From positions 2,048,001-2,112,000 of the forward strand of contig OY970061.1 in the NCBI GenBank assembly GCA_963705255.1: a stretch of DNA of 64,000 bases, read 5' to 3'. The stretch is from an uncultured Methanoregulaceae archaeon (GTDB taxonomy: Archaea > Halobacteriota > Methanomicrobia > Methanomicrobiales > Methanospirillaceae). How positions within the stretch are numbered: position 1 is the stretch's first letter; every line of letters starts with the position of its first letter. The position numbers and the translations under genes are program-made. The notes under the pieces were generated by a model. It was not told the DNA's origin, searched no databases, and saw nothing but the letters and a program-made list of their open reading frames with translations. Below are positions 42,425 through 53,554 of the stretch, in pieces.

Positions 42425-43229
42425 CACCGGAAAAAACGGTTGTCGCCGGCCCTTCCATCTTTGCCCCGTCCTGTAAGTAAATGGTGAGGGGACCGCCCCG
42501 GGTCTCGACCTCGACGGTCTCCCCGGTATGCCCGAGCCTGTGGACCACCGCTGCCGATGCTGTTGCACCGGTACCGCAGGAAAGGGTCTCCTCCTCCACG
42601 CCACGCTCGAACGTCCGGATCCTGATACTGTTCTCACCCGTCTTTTCCACGAAGTTGACGTTCGCCCCCTTTTCGAACGTGGCATGATGGCGGATGGGGG
42701 GGGCTGCGGTGTCCATGTCGACAGCGTCGACGGAATCCACCAGGATGACGGCATGGGGAACCCCGGTATTCACTGCATAAACATCGTAATCCCCGATTCG
42801 CTCCCGGTACTCACCGCTTCCGGTTGCGGGGATATCCCTGCGATCGAAACGTGGCGGGGTCATCGTCGCGGTCGCGAAGAAATCGTCCTCCCGGTACCCC
42901 ATCGCGACGCCGATCTCCCCGGCAGGGGTCTCCACGGTGCAGGACTCCTTTGCATAGCCGGCATCGAAAGCGTATTTGGCAAAGCAGCGGATACCGTTGC
43001 CGCACATCTCAGCCTCGCTCTCGTCCGGCTGGAGGAGGCGCATTTTCAGCCCGCCTTTTTGGGACTTTGCGAGGTAGATGATGCCATCCGCCCCGATGCC
43101 GAAGTGCCGGTCGCAATAAATCGCAGCGAACTGGCCTTTCATCTCATCGGGTATGACAACACCGTTGTACTCGTCTACTATCACAAAATCATTCCCGTTC
43201 CCGTGCAATTTAGCGAATGGTATCTCCAT
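42411..43229 (-). CDS. dapF: Diaminopimelate epimerase
   Basis: HGNGNDF, EMCGNGIRC, GVPH and ERG.EETLSCGTG motifs. Confidence 0.95.
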   Translation of the reverse strand: MEIPFAKLHGNGNDFVIVDEYNGVVIPDEMKGQFAAIYCDRHFGIGADGIIYLAKSQKGGLKMRLLQPDESEAEMCGNGIRCFAKYAFDAGYAKESCTVETPAGEIGVAMGYREDDFFATATMTPPRFDRRDIPATGSGEYRERIGDYDVYAVNTGVPHAVILVDSVDAVDMDTAAPPIRHHATFEKGANVNFVEKTGENSIRIRTFERGVEEETLSCGTGATASAAVVHRLGHTGETVEVETRGGPLTIYLQDGAKMEGPATTVFSGVIPF

Positions 43230-43406
43230 GGAAAAATCCCTCACTGGTATACGGACACCGGCAGGTGCACCTGATCCTGTATGATCATCAGCACCTGTCG
43301 TTTCATAAATGCATCGACGGCTGACGCGCCTGCCATATCTCCCCTCAGGTAAGACGGACTGAAAAAAGACCTTCAGGTCACCTGCATGACCGGGCCGCGC
43401 ACAGGT

Positions 43407-44369
43407 TCATTCATCATGGTTGGCACCGATCCCGATCGATTCATGGAATTCCTCGATGCCCCAGCCAAGGTACTCCCGGATGATGATGTAGGCCATCTGC
43501 GGCGGGATCGCCCCCTGTTCCGTAACGATAAGATCGATATATTCGGCAGGCGTCACATCGAAGGCGGGGTTGCGCACCGTGACGTTCGGGAGGGTCCGTG
43601 CGATCTCGTCGGCAAGCACCTCGTTTGCCTCGCGCTCCTCGATCCGTATGAGATCTCCCATGATGGTCTGCGGTGCAAACTTGTAGGTCTCTGCGGCAAC
43701 CAGCACGCTCACCCGCGCCTCGGCCGCCGTGTGGGCGACCTGGGAAGTCCCGATCTTGTTCACTACGGCACCGTTGACGGTAACAGCATCTGCCCCGACA
43801 ATGACCAGGTCGACATCGTGGATGTATGAGCGTACGGCCGAGTCTACGATGAAATTTGTTTTTATCCCGGCATCATTGAGGGTCCGGATCGTGATGAGCC
43901 CCTGGTTTCTCGGGCGCACTTCCGTTGCGAAGACCTCGATCTCCTTGCCGCTCCGGTGCGCTTCGATGATGCAGCCGAGGGCCACCTCCGAGTTGCAGTG
44001 CGTGAGGATCGTATCCCCATCCCTGATATGGCGTGCCCCGAAACCGGAGATCTTTTCCACCGCATGCTGGGACGACTGGATGAACCGGGCGGCCCGCTGG
44101 ATCAGGCCCTCCCGTGCCTCTTCCGTGGTTGATGCGTGTTCGAGTCCCGCCATGACGATGTGAACGGCGTTCGGGAGCGAGACTGCAGTCGGGCGGGTGG
44201 CAACCAGCGTTGCTGCGGCCCGCTCCATCTCCTGACGGAACGCAGCGACGTCAGATGATCTGACGGAAGCAGCATGGTCACGCAGGGCTTCTGCGGCGGC
44301 CCGTGCTATCCGCCCCGCGCCACGGACCTCCATACTCTTTATTTTCTCTGCGGTATCAGTTACAGACAT
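43407..44369 (-). CDS. Ribose-1,5-bisphosphate isomerase (eIF2B-like)
   Basis: MEVRGA, RPTAVSLPN, THCNS, EVRP, NKIGT and NPAFDVTP motifs. Confidence 0.9.
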   Translation of the reverse strand: MSVTDTAEKIKSMEVRGAGRIARAAAEALRDHAASVRSSDVAAFRQEMERAAATLVATRPTAVSLPNAVHIVMAGLEHASTTEEAREGLIQRAARFIQSSQHAVEKISGFGARHIRDGDTILTHCNSEVALGCIIEAHRSGKEIEVFATEVRPRNQGLITIRTLNDAGIKTNFIVDSAVRSYIHDVDLVIVGADAVTVNGAVVNKIGTSQVAHTAAEARVSVLVAAETYKFAPQTIMGDLIRIEEREANEVLADEIARTLPNVTVRNPAFDVTPAEYIDLIVTEQGAIPPQMAYIIIREYLGWGIEEFHESIGIGANHDE

Positions 44370-44426
44370 CAGTTTCAAATGATTGAATGTCAGGAAGAGA
44401 CATAGAGTTTATTACCGGGTGCCACC

Positions 44427-45257
44427 TTGTCAGTCGCCGTTGTTTTTGACAGTGCCGGGACGCTCCTCAACACCTACCGGGTAGCAAAAGACATCCGTAA
44501 CCGGAAACTGCTCCCCGGCATAGAGACGACGACCCTGACGTTCAGTTCTCCCGACCGGGTACTCATCGTCCTTCCCGTGCACTCAAAAGACCTCATGGCC
44601 ACCCGGGGGGACCTGCTCCTGTCCGAATACCTTATCCGGCACCACATCGGTTTCGGCGTGAGCTGTACGAGAAAGATCACGACTGCCGAAGAGATCGGGG
44701 ACGTGCTCTATACCGACAGCAGGACGCAGGTAGGCGACCTGCAGGAATGCATACGGAACGTCTGGACGGTCTGCAGTCAGGAATCCGTGGTAACGCTCAA
44801 CAGCGGGGCGATCATCGACATGGCGCAAAAGGAGATCGAGTTCGCCATCACCGCGGGCGGCTGGCCGTTTGACGGTGCAAAAGAGGCGATCACCGCGTTA
44901 CACCGGATGGGAGTGCCGACCTTTATCGCTTCCGGCGACCGGGTCACAAAACTCGAGAAGATGGCAGATCACTTCGGTATCCCGCGGGACCGCGTGTACG
45001 GGGTGGCAACACCCACGGTAAAGGCGCAGATCGTCAATGACCTCCGGCAGGAGTATGACAAAGTCCTGATGGTCGGGGACGGGATCAACGATCTGTGTGC
45101 CATGCAGAATGCCGATATTGCCATTCTTACGGTCCAGCAGCCCGGCAACCGCCCTGAAGATCTGTACAAGGCTGCCGATTACGTGGTGAAAAGTGTCGGC
45201 GAAGTGGTGACCATCGTGGAGGGGCTGGTACGGCCCGCACAGAATTTGCGATCGTGA
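44427..45257 (+). CDS. HAD-family hydrolase (soluble P-type ATPase-like)
   Basis: FDSAGTL, IASGD and MVGDGIND motifs. Confidence 0.85.
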   Translation: MSVAVVFDSAGTLLNTYRVAKDIRNRKLLPGIETTTLTFSSPDRVLIVLPVHSKDLMATRGDLLLSEYLIRHHIGFGVSCTRKITTAEEIGDVLYTDSRTQVGDLQECIRNVWTVCSQESVVTLNSGAIIDMAQKEIEFAITAGGWPFDGAKEAITALHRMGVPTFIASGDRVTKLEKMADHFGIPRDRVYGVATPTVKAQIVNDLRQEYDKVLMVGDGINDLCAMQNADIAILTVQQPGNRPEDLYKAADYVVKSVGEVVTIVEGLVRPAQNLRS

Positions 45258-45320
45258 CAGAAGTGATACATCATATAAAAGGTAATATGCGACTTATGTC
45301 ACATTAGGTACAAGGGTATT

Positions 45321-46934
45321 ATGAAGGCTCCATTGATCACGGTCGATAACCTCTGCATGGACTTTGATGGCGAGAGGGTACTGAAGAATATCTCTTTTGA
45401 GATCGCTGAGGGAGAGATCCTGGGGATTATTGGCAGGAGCGGCGCCGGTAAGACGGTTCTGATGCATCTCCTCCGCGGTGTGGAACAGCCCCCGACCAGC
45501 GGCCGGATTATCTACCATGTTGCTGCCTGCAGCGGGTGCGATTACATGGACGTCGCCGGTTCGGCGGGAAAACCCTGTCCCCACTGTGGCAGCACCCTCA
45601 CTCCCCTCGACGTGGATCTCTGGAATGAGAAAGATGAGACCCTGAAGCGGCGTCTCATGCGGAGGACCGCCATCATGTTCCAGCGGACCTTCGCCCTGTA
45701 CGGCGACGACCGGGTCATCGAGAATGTCCTTCACGCTCTCGACGATATCGACTATCCCCCGGACAAGGCTATCAACCGGGCGGCAGACCTCATCGACCAG
45801 GTCCGGCTCTCCCACCGGATGATGCACATCGCCCGGGACCTGTCCGGCGGAGAAAAACAGCGTGTTGTGCTCGCACGGCAGCTGGCAAAGGAACCGTTCA
45901 TGCTCTTTGCCGATGAGCCGACCGGCACGCTCGACCCCGGAACTGCCCGGATCGTCCACACGATGCTGTCGGACGCGGCGAAGACCAATAACATGGGCAT
46001 CGTCGTCACTTCCCACTTCTCGCAGGTCATCGAGGACACCGCACACCGCGCCATCCTCCTTGTTGACGGCAGCATCGCAAAGATCGGGAGCCCGAAAGAG
46101 GTCATCGGCGAATTCATGAAAGGGTGCGATGATACCGAGAAGTTTGAAGAGGCAGAGCTCGGGGAAAACGTCGTTATGGCACGTGACCTCTTCAAGCGGT
46201 ACATCTCCGTGGACCGCGGGGTTGTCAAAGCGGTAAACGGTGTCTCCTTCGAGGTCAACACGAAAGAGATCTTCGGGATCATCGGCAAGAGCGGGGCGGG
46301 AAAGACCACCCTTTCGGGAATCATTGCCGGTCTTATCGAGCCGACGAGCGGCGAGATGAACATCCGGATCGGCGATGAATGGGTGGACATGACCAAGCCG
46401 GGCATCGAGCAGAGGGGGCGTGCGACAGGCTACATCGGGCTCCTCCACCAGGAGTACGACCTCTTCCCCCACCGGACCGTGCTTGACAACCTCACCGATG
46501 CGATCGGGCTTGAGTTCCCCAAGGAACTTGCAATGCGCAAAGCTCTTGTCACCCTCAAGATGGCGGGGTTCACCGACCAGAAGAGCAGGGAGATCCTCGA
46601 CCGCATGCCTGCCCAGCTCTCGGAAGGAGAGCGGCACCGCGTGGCCCTTGCCCAGGTCCTGATCCGCGAGCCCCGGATCGTGATCCTCGACGAGCCGACC
46701 GGTACCATGGATCCCATCACCAAGATCGATGTCAAGCACTCGATCATGCACTCCCGCGAGGAGATGGACGAGACGTTCATTGTCGTGTCCCATGACATGG
46801 AGTTTGTGCGGGACATCTGCGACCGGCTCGCGCTCATGAGGGGCGGCAAGATCGTCCAGATAGGCAAGACCGCGGAAGTACTCGCAACCCTTACCGAGGA
46901 AGAGCGCAGGATTATGGGCCAGCCGACAGCCTGA
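45321..46934 (+). CDS. atwA: Methyl-coenzyme M reductase system component A2
   Basis: Two ABC cassettes with a CxxC..CxxC zinc insert; heads the marker cluster. Confidence 0.93.
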   Translation: MKAPLITVDNLCMDFDGERVLKNISFEIAEGEILGIIGRSGAGKTVLMHLLRGVEQPPTSGRIIYHVAACSGCDYMDVAGSAGKPCPHCGSTLTPLDVDLWNEKDETLKRRLMRRTAIMFQRTFALYGDDRVIENVLHALDDIDYPPDKAINRAADLIDQVRLSHRMMHIARDLSGGEKQRVVLARQLAKEPFMLFADEPTGTLDPGTARIVHTMLSDAAKTNNMGIVVTSHFSQVIEDTAHRAILLVDGSIAKIGSPKEVIGEFMKGCDDTEKFEEAELGENVVMARDLFKRYISVDRGVVKAVNGVSFEVNTKEIFGIIGKSGAGKTTLSGIIAGLIEPTSGEMNIRIGDEWVDMTKPGIEQRGRATGYIGLLHQEYDLFPHRTVLDNLTDAIGLEFPKELAMRKALVTLKMAGFTDQKSREILDRMPAQLSEGERHRVALAQVLIREPRIVILDEPTGTMDPITKIDVKHSIMHSREEMDETFIVVSHDMEFVRDICDRLALMRGGKIVQIGKTAEVLATLTEEERRIMGQPTA

Positions 46935-46942
46935 GGCCTGCC

Positions 46943-48472
46943 ATGCCAGTTATCCACCTCGATGGAGTGAGACTGGAGATCAGCGAAGGAAATACCCTCT
47001 CTTCTGTTCTTTCCCGCCAGCCCGAGGGCTGCTGCGTGGCCATCATCCGCCCGGCAACCAAGGAACAGGCTAAGACAGCAAGCCTTGCGATGAACACAAC
47101 TGCCGGAGAGGTGACCGTGGAGATGACCGGGCAGGGAGCCGGCCTTCTCGAATCGCCGGAGATCGCAGGCCAGCTGGCGATTCACTGGAGCGACCGGTAC
47201 GCAGCGGCATTCGGGCCGTTCCCTTCCACGATCCGTCCCGAACGCAAACCCCATCTCTATGAACGGGGGGACATTATCCTCGGTTGCGGCGGCTATGATC
47301 CCAAACGGTCTTACCTCATCTTCTCCAGGACCCGCCACGCGGCAGACCACGGGGCTGACGAAAGCGGAGGGGTCATCGCAAAGGTCGTGAGCGGCAGGGC
47401 AGTGCTCGACCGCTGGGCAAGCGGTGACCGGGTCACAAAAATCGAACCGGTTATGTCCTGGGCAGACACCAGCCGTTCGTTCACGACCAGCGACATGGGT
47501 CTTGTCCTTGAGGACGGGACGCTCATTGTAACCCACCTGAAGATCCTGGCCCAGGGATATTCCCCCGACAGTGTAACCACCGAAGCTGCAGGCAGTGTCG
47601 AGCACCTCATTCTTGCCCTCCAGTCTGGGAGGCTCACCGTGGACAGGGCGACGAGCACCCACATCCTCGATCTCCACCTCGCCGGGACCGATGACATCCC
47701 GGTGGAACACCGGCACCCCCGCCGGGAGGGAACGGTTACCGTGCGTACTTCGGGGAAATCTGCCGGAGGGATCTATCTTTACCGGACTGATGTCCCCAGC
47801 AGCCTGGTGCATGCCGTTGTCGGCCATGTCGTTCACGGGATCGAACTGGTCAAACTCGCAAAAGAGCGCGACATCATTGCTGTCACGGTGGAGCCGGAGC
47901 GGATCGACCTCCTCGGGCTCCCCCTTGGTAAAGCACGGGAGATCGCAGCGTCACGAGGTGTTGCACTCAGGTTCGATAACGGCGAGGGAGAGCGGATTGT
48001 CGTGTCCCAGGAGCCGGGCACCACCCTTGACGTACTCTCGGAACGCCAGGTGATCGTTACCACAGCACCGGTCGAAAAGGTGATCGATATCGAACTTGAT
48101 GATGGAAAAGCACCGATGAGCTGCGAAGTGTTCCGGAGGTTTACCGGCCTCAAAGACCACGACGCCGGCATGATGCCGGTCTTTTTCAGGTTCGATGATG
48201 TCATCCTCTTCAAGCCGGCCATTGCCCCGGGCACCAAACTCATTCCCGAGAATCCCCCGAAAGATGAGGCCCCTGCTGCAGCTCTTGGGATCACCAACGA
48301 CTCCTGCAAAGGGTCGGGACTTGTCGGCGTACGCCTGTCGGCAAACCGTGATTTCGGCCCTACGTCAGAGTTGTTCGAAGGAACCAACCTTATCGGGCGC
48401 GTGATTGACACAGAGAAACTGGAAAAACTGAAGGAGCGGGAGACCGTGTATATCCGGGAGGTGAAGCGGTGA
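46943..48472 (+). CDS. mmp3: Methanogenesis marker protein 3
   Basis: Cyclophilin-like C-terminus (IPENP, GITN, GVRL..N..FGPT.E.FEGTN); synteny. Confidence 0.85.
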   Translation: MPVIHLDGVRLEISEGNTLSSVLSRQPEGCCVAIIRPATKEQAKTASLAMNTTAGEVTVEMTGQGAGLLESPEIAGQLAIHWSDRYAAAFGPFPSTIRPERKPHLYERGDIILGCGGYDPKRSYLIFSRTRHAADHGADESGGVIAKVVSGRAVLDRWASGDRVTKIEPVMSWADTSRSFTTSDMGLVLEDGTLIVTHLKILAQGYSPDSVTTEAAGSVEHLILALQSGRLTVDRATSTHILDLHLAGTDDIPVEHRHPRREGTVTVRTSGKSAGGIYLYRTDVPSSLVHAVVGHVVHGIELVKLAKERDIIAVTVEPERIDLLGLPLGKAREIAASRGVALRFDNGEGERIVVSQEPGTTLDVLSERQVIVTTAPVEKVIDIELDDGKAPMSCEVFRRFTGLKDHDAGMMPVFFRFDDVILFKPAIAPGTKLIPENPPKDEAPAAALGITNDSCKGSGLVGVRLSANRDFGPTSELFEGTNLIGRVIDTEKLEKLKERETVYIREVKR

Positions 48473-48927
48473 CCGATTATGTGCCGACCCACGCGGGCAC
48501 CGTTACGAAATACGTGGTCGTTGAATCGTTCGATATAACTCCGGCGGATCTCGGGATCCGGGCATACGGGCTATCGAAAGGTGTTATGATCAAGGAGACC
48601 TGCTTCGGGCTGGTCATCAACGGCGAGGAGAAAGAGGTCGACCGCATCGTTGCCGAACTCCGCAAGATCGACCCTGCCCATATCTTCGTCAAGGACCGGG
48701 GATTCCCGCCGGGAGACTCGCGGCGGTGCCGGGCAAACCTTGGCGGCGCACGGCCGGGATACCATGGCATGGAATTTGAGATGACTGTCATCCCCTACAT
48801 CTCCCACGGTCTTGAGGAACTGAAGGACCGGGACGAGAGCACGGTCGCCCCACCCGAGAACCCGCTCGACCATACGGTGCTTGACATCGCAAAACTGAAG
48901 AAACTGATCGATGCACAGGAGTCCTGA
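48469..48927 (+). CDS. mmp6: Methanogenesis marker protein 6
   Basis: IKETCFG and KDRGFPPGD.RRCRA..GG.RPG motifs. Confidence 0.88.
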   Translation: MTDYVPTHAGTVTKYVVVESFDITPADLGIRAYGLSKGVMIKETCFGLVINGEEKEVDRIVAELRKIDPAHIFVKDRGFPPGDSRRCRANLGGARPGYHGMEFEMTVIPYISHGLEELKDRDESTVAPPENPLDHTVLDIAKLKKLIDAQES

Positions 48928-48928
48928 C

Positions 48929-49375
48929 ATGGTAAAAGTATTCATCTACCCCTCAACAAGCCTCATCCTCTCTGACCTGGTGGCACGGCACGGCCATACC
49001 CCGCTCTCGTCCGCTGTCGCCATCCGCGAACGTATCCAGACCGCAGGACTCGAATCTCCCCCGCTCCAGGTCACACCCGAGGAACCGAAAAAAGGACTGA
49101 AATGGGCTGCTGTCGAGGTCCCGAGTGGTGTCCGGGGTCGTATGGCGCTCTACGGGCCGATGATCGAGGAGTGCGAAGCTGCCATCATCATCAACGATGC
49201 CGACCTCGCGTTCGGGTGCATGGGGTGCGCACGGACAAATGAGCTGATCAAGTTCCTCGTGCGCCGGAAGGACATCCCCAGACTCGACCTGTACTACCCG
49301 AAAAACGAAGAAGAGGGTGTCAAGTTCGTCGCAGCCATCAGGCGGTTCCTGCACGACCTCGGGGGAGTGAAATGA
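48929..49375 (+). CDS. mmp5: Methanogenesis marker protein 5
   Basis: [10 protein letters not shown] and [12 protein letters not shown] motifs. Confidence 0.88.
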   Translation: MVKVFIYPSTSLILSDLVARHGHTPLSSAVAIRERIQTAGLESPPLQVTPEEPKKGLKWAAVEVPSGVRGRMALYGPMIEECEAAIIINDADLAFGCMGCARTNELIKFLVRRKDIPRLDLYYPKNEEEGVKFVAAIRRFLHDLGGVK

Positions 49376-50610
49376 CTGCACCGGTGCGGATTGCCCAGCT
49401 CTCCTGCGGCCCGGAATACTCCGGCGTCCAGCACGAGATCGATGCCGCGGCAAAAGAGGTGAACGGGGAGATCTTCTACCCGGATATCGCGCTGAAGGAT
49501 GTACAGCGGGACTTCGACCTGTTCGGGCTTGACGTGCGCAGCCCGGATCTCAAGCTTGCCATTGCCCGTGCCAAGGCCCTTGTCGAGGGCAGGGTGGAGG
49601 CAGATGCAGTCTTCATCGCGACCTGTTTCCGCTGTGCCGAAGCTGCCATCGTAAGGAATGAACTCCGGCGGTACATCCACGAGAATTCCCGGCTCCCGGT
49701 GGTCAGTTACTCCTTCACCGAAAGGACGACTGCGGGCACGCTTCTCACGCGGATGGAGGCACTGACAACCATTGCACGGCGGCGTGCCCTCCTGGCACGT
49801 GAAACCCAGCAGGGGATCACGCTCGGGGTCGACTCCGGCTCTTCGACAACCAAGGCCATCGTGATGAAGGACAACCGGATCATCGGGACCGGGTGGCAGC
49901 CCACAACCGAGGTGATGAAAAGCGCTCAGGACGTGATCGACCATGCGCTCTCGGAAGCCGGCATAACGGCTGATGAAATTCAGGCCACTGGCACAACCGG
50001 GTACGGGCGGTTCCTTGTCGGAAAGGAGATCAAGGCGGACCTCATCCAGGAAGAACTGACCGTCAACTCGAAAGGTGCGGTCTTCCTTGCCGACCGGCAG
50101 CACGGGCCTGCAACGGTCATCGATATCGGCGGTATGGACAACAAGGCCATCTCGGTCATGGACGGCATCCCGGGCACCTTCACGATGGGCGGTATCTGCG
50201 CCGGGGCAAGCGGGCGGTTCCTCGAGATGACCGCCAAGCGGCTCGGCGTTGACATCACCGAGCTCGGGCCGCTTGCCATGAAAGGGTTTGGCGGACGCGT
50301 GCCGATGAACAGCTACTGCATTGTCTTTGGCACCCAGAGCCTCGTGAACGCCCTCGCGGCCGGAAGTACCCGTGAAGATGTGGCTGCGGCAGCCTGCCAC
50401 AGCGTAGCCGAGCAGGTCTTCGAACAGCAGCTGCAGGAAGTGGATATCAAGGAGCCGGTCATCATGGTCGGGGGGACGTCGCTCATCGAAGGGCTCGTCC
50501 ATGCAATGGGCGAGCTCCTGCAGACGAAGATCGTCGTACCGCGCCATTCCCAGTATATCGGTGCGGTCGGATCGGCGCTCCTTGCATCAGGTTTTATCAG
50601 GGACGATTAG
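49372..50610 (+). CDS. mmp15: Methanogenesis marker protein 15 (ASKHA activase-like)
   Basis: [27 protein letters not shown] and [10 protein letters not shown] motifs. Confidence 0.9.
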   Translation: MTAPVRIAQLSCGPEYSGVQHEIDAAAKEVNGEIFYPDIALKDVQRDFDLFGLDVRSPDLKLAIARAKALVEGRVEADAVFIATCFRCAEAAIVRNELRRYIHENSRLPVVSYSFTERTTAGTLLTRMEALTTIARRRALLARETQQGITLGVDSGSSTTKAIVMKDNRIIGTGWQPTTEVMKSAQDVIDHALSEAGITADEIQATGTTGYGRFLVGKEIKADLIQEELTVNSKGAVFLADRQHGPATVIDIGGMDNKAISVMDGIPGTFTMGGICAGASGRFLEMTAKRLGVDITELGPLAMKGFGGRVPMNSYCIVFGTQSLVNALAAGSTREDVAAAACHSVAEQVFEQQLQEVDIKEPVIMVGGTSLIEGLVHAMGELLQTKIVVPRHSQYIGAVGSALLASGFIRDD

Positions 50611-51192
50611 ATGCTTGCCATTGAGTACTTTGAGGTGGAATGCCCCGAACCCCTGGGTGCGGAGTACTACAAGCAGATCACGAACGATGTCCTGCTCGAC
50701 CACAACCTGCTCAAGGTGATCCGGAAACTCCACGTCTTCATCGATCCCAAGGTGCCGCTCTTCGTTGCGGTCGGGACGCTCAAAAAACTGACGACCGTCG
50801 TCAGGGTGCGGGATCTTGCCAACGTAAACCCGCTTGAAGGCAAAATTACCCTTGTCATCTCCGATGAGACCTATCTTGCCCCCATGCTCAGGATCTTCTG
50901 GCAGCGGTTCGGCAAGGAGCACGTGGAGCAGCCGGACCGCTTCACCGTAATCCTCTATGATGTGCCGGCCGACCCGCGGGAGATCGAGGAGATCGTGGTC
51001 GGTGACCCGAGCGAGTCCCTCTTCAAGGACCTCATCTACGCGTTCCGGTGCATCGCTCCTGAGGGGTTCAGGGTCCGGAGCGAGATCTTCACTACGGAAA
51101 AGTTCTCGTTCGTGGCAAGCGAGAACACTCTCGCCGAGGACATAAGCCCGGTTATCCGGGAGAAATTCGCGCTCATGGGTGAGACGCCATGA
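50611..51192 (+). CDS. mmp17: Methanogenesis marker protein 17
   Basis: QPDRF, PEGFRVR and ASEN motifs; synteny. Confidence 0.82.
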   Translation: MLAIEYFEVECPEPLGAEYYKQITNDVLLDHNLLKVIRKLHVFIDPKVPLFVAVGTLKKLTTVVRVRDLANVNPLEGKITLVISDETYLAPMLRIFWQRFGKEHVEQPDRFTVILYDVPADPREIEEIVVGDPSESLFKDLIYAFRCIAPEGFRVRSEIFTTEKFSFVASENTLAEDISPVIREKFALMGETP

Positions 51193-52127
51193 CGCTCGTC
51201 CCGGTAACCTACAAGGGCGGCATCTACCAGCACGACCTCATCGAGGACCTCATCGAAGACCTCGGCGGATATATAGTCCAGAAACACATCATCGCAGCAG
51301 AGGTAGTACTGCAGTGCTTCGTCCCTCAGGGCGACATCGAACTCATCCGCCAGATCGCCCGCCCGCTCTTCGGGGAGGTGACGGACTCCCCGCTCGTGGG
51401 CACGGAGATTGCGGTCGTCAGCATGAGCCTTGAGATCCACCACCTCCCCCACCCGTCCTGCGACATTGCGGAGTACCTCCGGCGGCTGGGTGCCAAGACC
51501 AACATGGTCAGCCTTGCCCGCGGGCCGGGAAAACGGATTGCCGGGCTGAATGATGAGGAACGCGATGTCATCAACGAACATGACATCGCGGTCTATCTCC
51601 TTGGCAATTTTGAAGCATGTATCGAATACAAGATGCCCACGCTGAGGCGGGGGATTGAGGTGCCGATCGTGCTCTGCGGGGGCCCTGACGAAGAGGCCCT
51701 CAGGAGAATCACCGACCCTCCGCTTGACGGGTACGTGGGCAATGTCGGCAGGTTCATGCGCCGGACCAAGGAGGCGGACGAGCTTGCAAAGCTGGACGAG
51801 ATCATAGCCGAGGTGACCCGTGTCCTCGGGAAGAAGCGGGAGGCGATCGCGAAAGACCCACTCTCCGTATCCCCGGCCCGGCTCATGGGCCTGATCCGGG
51901 AGAATGTCCCGGCGATTCTTGATGTGACGTCCCCGACCCCGCTGACCGTCCAGATGGCGGGACTCCGGGTCAAACTCCCGTACGATACGTTCGCTGATCA
52001 GATCCGGAAGGTGGAGATCGAGGACGGGATTACGCTCGGGGACGTAACAGAAGTAGTCCCCTCCCGTATGCGGGACTATATCCTGGTAAAGATCCTGCCG
52101 TTCTCGGAAACGAACGTGGTGGTATGA
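51189..52127 (+). CDS. mmp7: Methanogenesis marker protein 7
   Basis: YKGGIY.HD..EDLIEDLGG, HHLPHPSCDIAEYLRR and LARGPG motifs. Confidence 0.88.
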   Translation: MTLVPVTYKGGIYQHDLIEDLIEDLGGYIVQKHIIAAEVVLQCFVPQGDIELIRQIARPLFGEVTDSPLVGTEIAVVSMSLEIHHLPHPSCDIAEYLRRLGAKTNMVSLARGPGKRIAGLNDEERDVINEHDIAVYLLGNFEACIEYKMPTLRRGIEVPIVLCGGPDEEALRRITDPPLDGYVGNVGRFMRRTKEADELAKLDEIIAEVTRVLGKKREAIAKDPLSVSPARLMGLIRENVPAILDVTSPTPLTVQMAGLRVKLPYDTFADQIRKVEIEDGITLGDVTEVVPSRMRDYILVKILPFSETNVVV

Positions 52128-52624
52128 TGACAAAATCGACCAAAGAAGAGTTCGAGGAGAAGCTTGCAAGGATCGTAGAGCAGGGTGCGGACCTGACTGC
52201 CGATGAATGGATGAAGGCGATCGAGTTCGAATACGGGCGGGTGCCTCTCATCTTCAAGCGGATGGGGGAGCGCCCCGAGGTTCTCATCTCCCACCTCCTG
52301 TACAAAGGAACGGTGGCGCAGACAAGCCCGCTCGACCCGAAGTACGTGGAGCTGATCAGCCTCGCCGTGGGTGCAGCCCTCAAGTGCCCGCACTGTACCG
52401 GCTACCACATGCAGGCGGCAATCAAGATGGGGGCGAGCCGGGAGGAGATCCTCGAGGTGATCCTCCTTGCCGGCATGATCTCGAACTCCTCGGTGCTTGC
52501 CAACGCCTACCGGATCATTGATGAGAAACTCGAACGCTGTATCCCCTGCGAGACGAAGGGCGTGGAGCGGGAGGCAGAGGCTACAGGGCGGAAGAAAAGA
52601 ACGGTGCGAACGAGGAAAAATTAA
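52124..52624 (+). CDS. Carboxymuconolactone decarboxylase / AhpD-like protein
   Basis: LDPKYVELISLAVGAALKCPHC..YH and GASREEILE motifs; overlaps mmp7 (ATGA). Confidence 0.85.
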   Translation: MMTKSTKEEFEEKLARIVEQGADLTADEWMKAIEFEYGRVPLIFKRMGERPEVLISHLLYKGTVAQTSPLDPKYVELISLAVGAALKCPHCTGYHMQAAIKMGASREEILEVILLAGMISNSSVLANAYRIIDEKLERCIPCETKGVEREAEATGRKKRTVRTRKN

Positions 52625-52702
52625 CGATCTCTTTCAATCTTTTTTCCATAGATCGCAGCCCGTTCCAGCCATCTTTTCAACATCTCCGGGATAGCGGAAA
52701 TA

Positions 52703-53083
52703 TCATATGATATTATCGGACGTTACCGTATACCGGTAGGTATACGCGCAGTCAAGGCCCCCGATCTCTGAAAAGGAGATCTGTTCATTCTTCTTCTCGT
52801 TCGGGTAAAATACCGGGAACTCGAGGTTTGTTACCTGCTGGTGGCAGTAGGTCATCGAAGGGATGAGGACGATCTGTGCCCTGACGTTCTCGAAGGTCAC
52901 GTTCGTGGGGTTCTCGACCCGGAAATTTGTGGTGTAGGTATCGAACGATCCGACAGGGATCGGGGTGATGTCCGATATGTCCATGCTGGTGATCCTGATG
53001 GTTGTATTCTGGTATCCCGAGACGCACCCGGCAGATATTGAAAGGATTACCAGCATTCCCAGAATAACGCACGCGGTCTTCAT
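52703..53083 (-). CDS. Small lipoprotein-like secreted protein
   Basis: SAGC lipobox-like signal, beta-rich body. Confidence 0.65.
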   Translation of the reverse strand: MKTACVILGMLVILSISAGCVSGYQNTTIRITSMDISDITPIPVGSFDTYTTNFRVENPTNVTFENVRAQIVLIPSMTYCHQQVTNLEFPVFYPNEKKNEQISFSEIGGLDCAYTYRYTVTSDNII

Positions 53084-53554
53084 CCTGTCACCCGGCTGCA
53101 TACGGTAAGAATATACCAAGGTTTGTTTCTGGCACGAGAAAAAGGAGTCGTGTAAACGGATGAATCTACCAGGTTCACGGTTATCACGTCATCGTGCAGC
53201 ATGCCCCGCCGTGGAAAAGTCGGATCGCTTTCAGAATGCGGGATTTCACGTGAAGGGCCCGGACCCGGCTGGTCAGGTGGTTTATACAGGGTCGTGATAG
53301 AAACCGAACCCTCTCAAAGGAATAGGGTAAGACCGGCGCCTTGGGCGAAAGGGTTCCTGTCATCAGAAGAGCCGGCTGAAAATTATCTGGACAAGGTATG
53401 ACACGGGACCGGAGTGTCCGGGGAGCCTGCCTCTGATCAACCCTCATTTTTCTGTCGCGGCTGCAGGCTTTATTGCATCTGCATGAACTGTCTCCTGAAA
53501 CACAGTTATCATCCAAGCACACCAATATCATTCGCAATACAGGGGATAGTCTGA

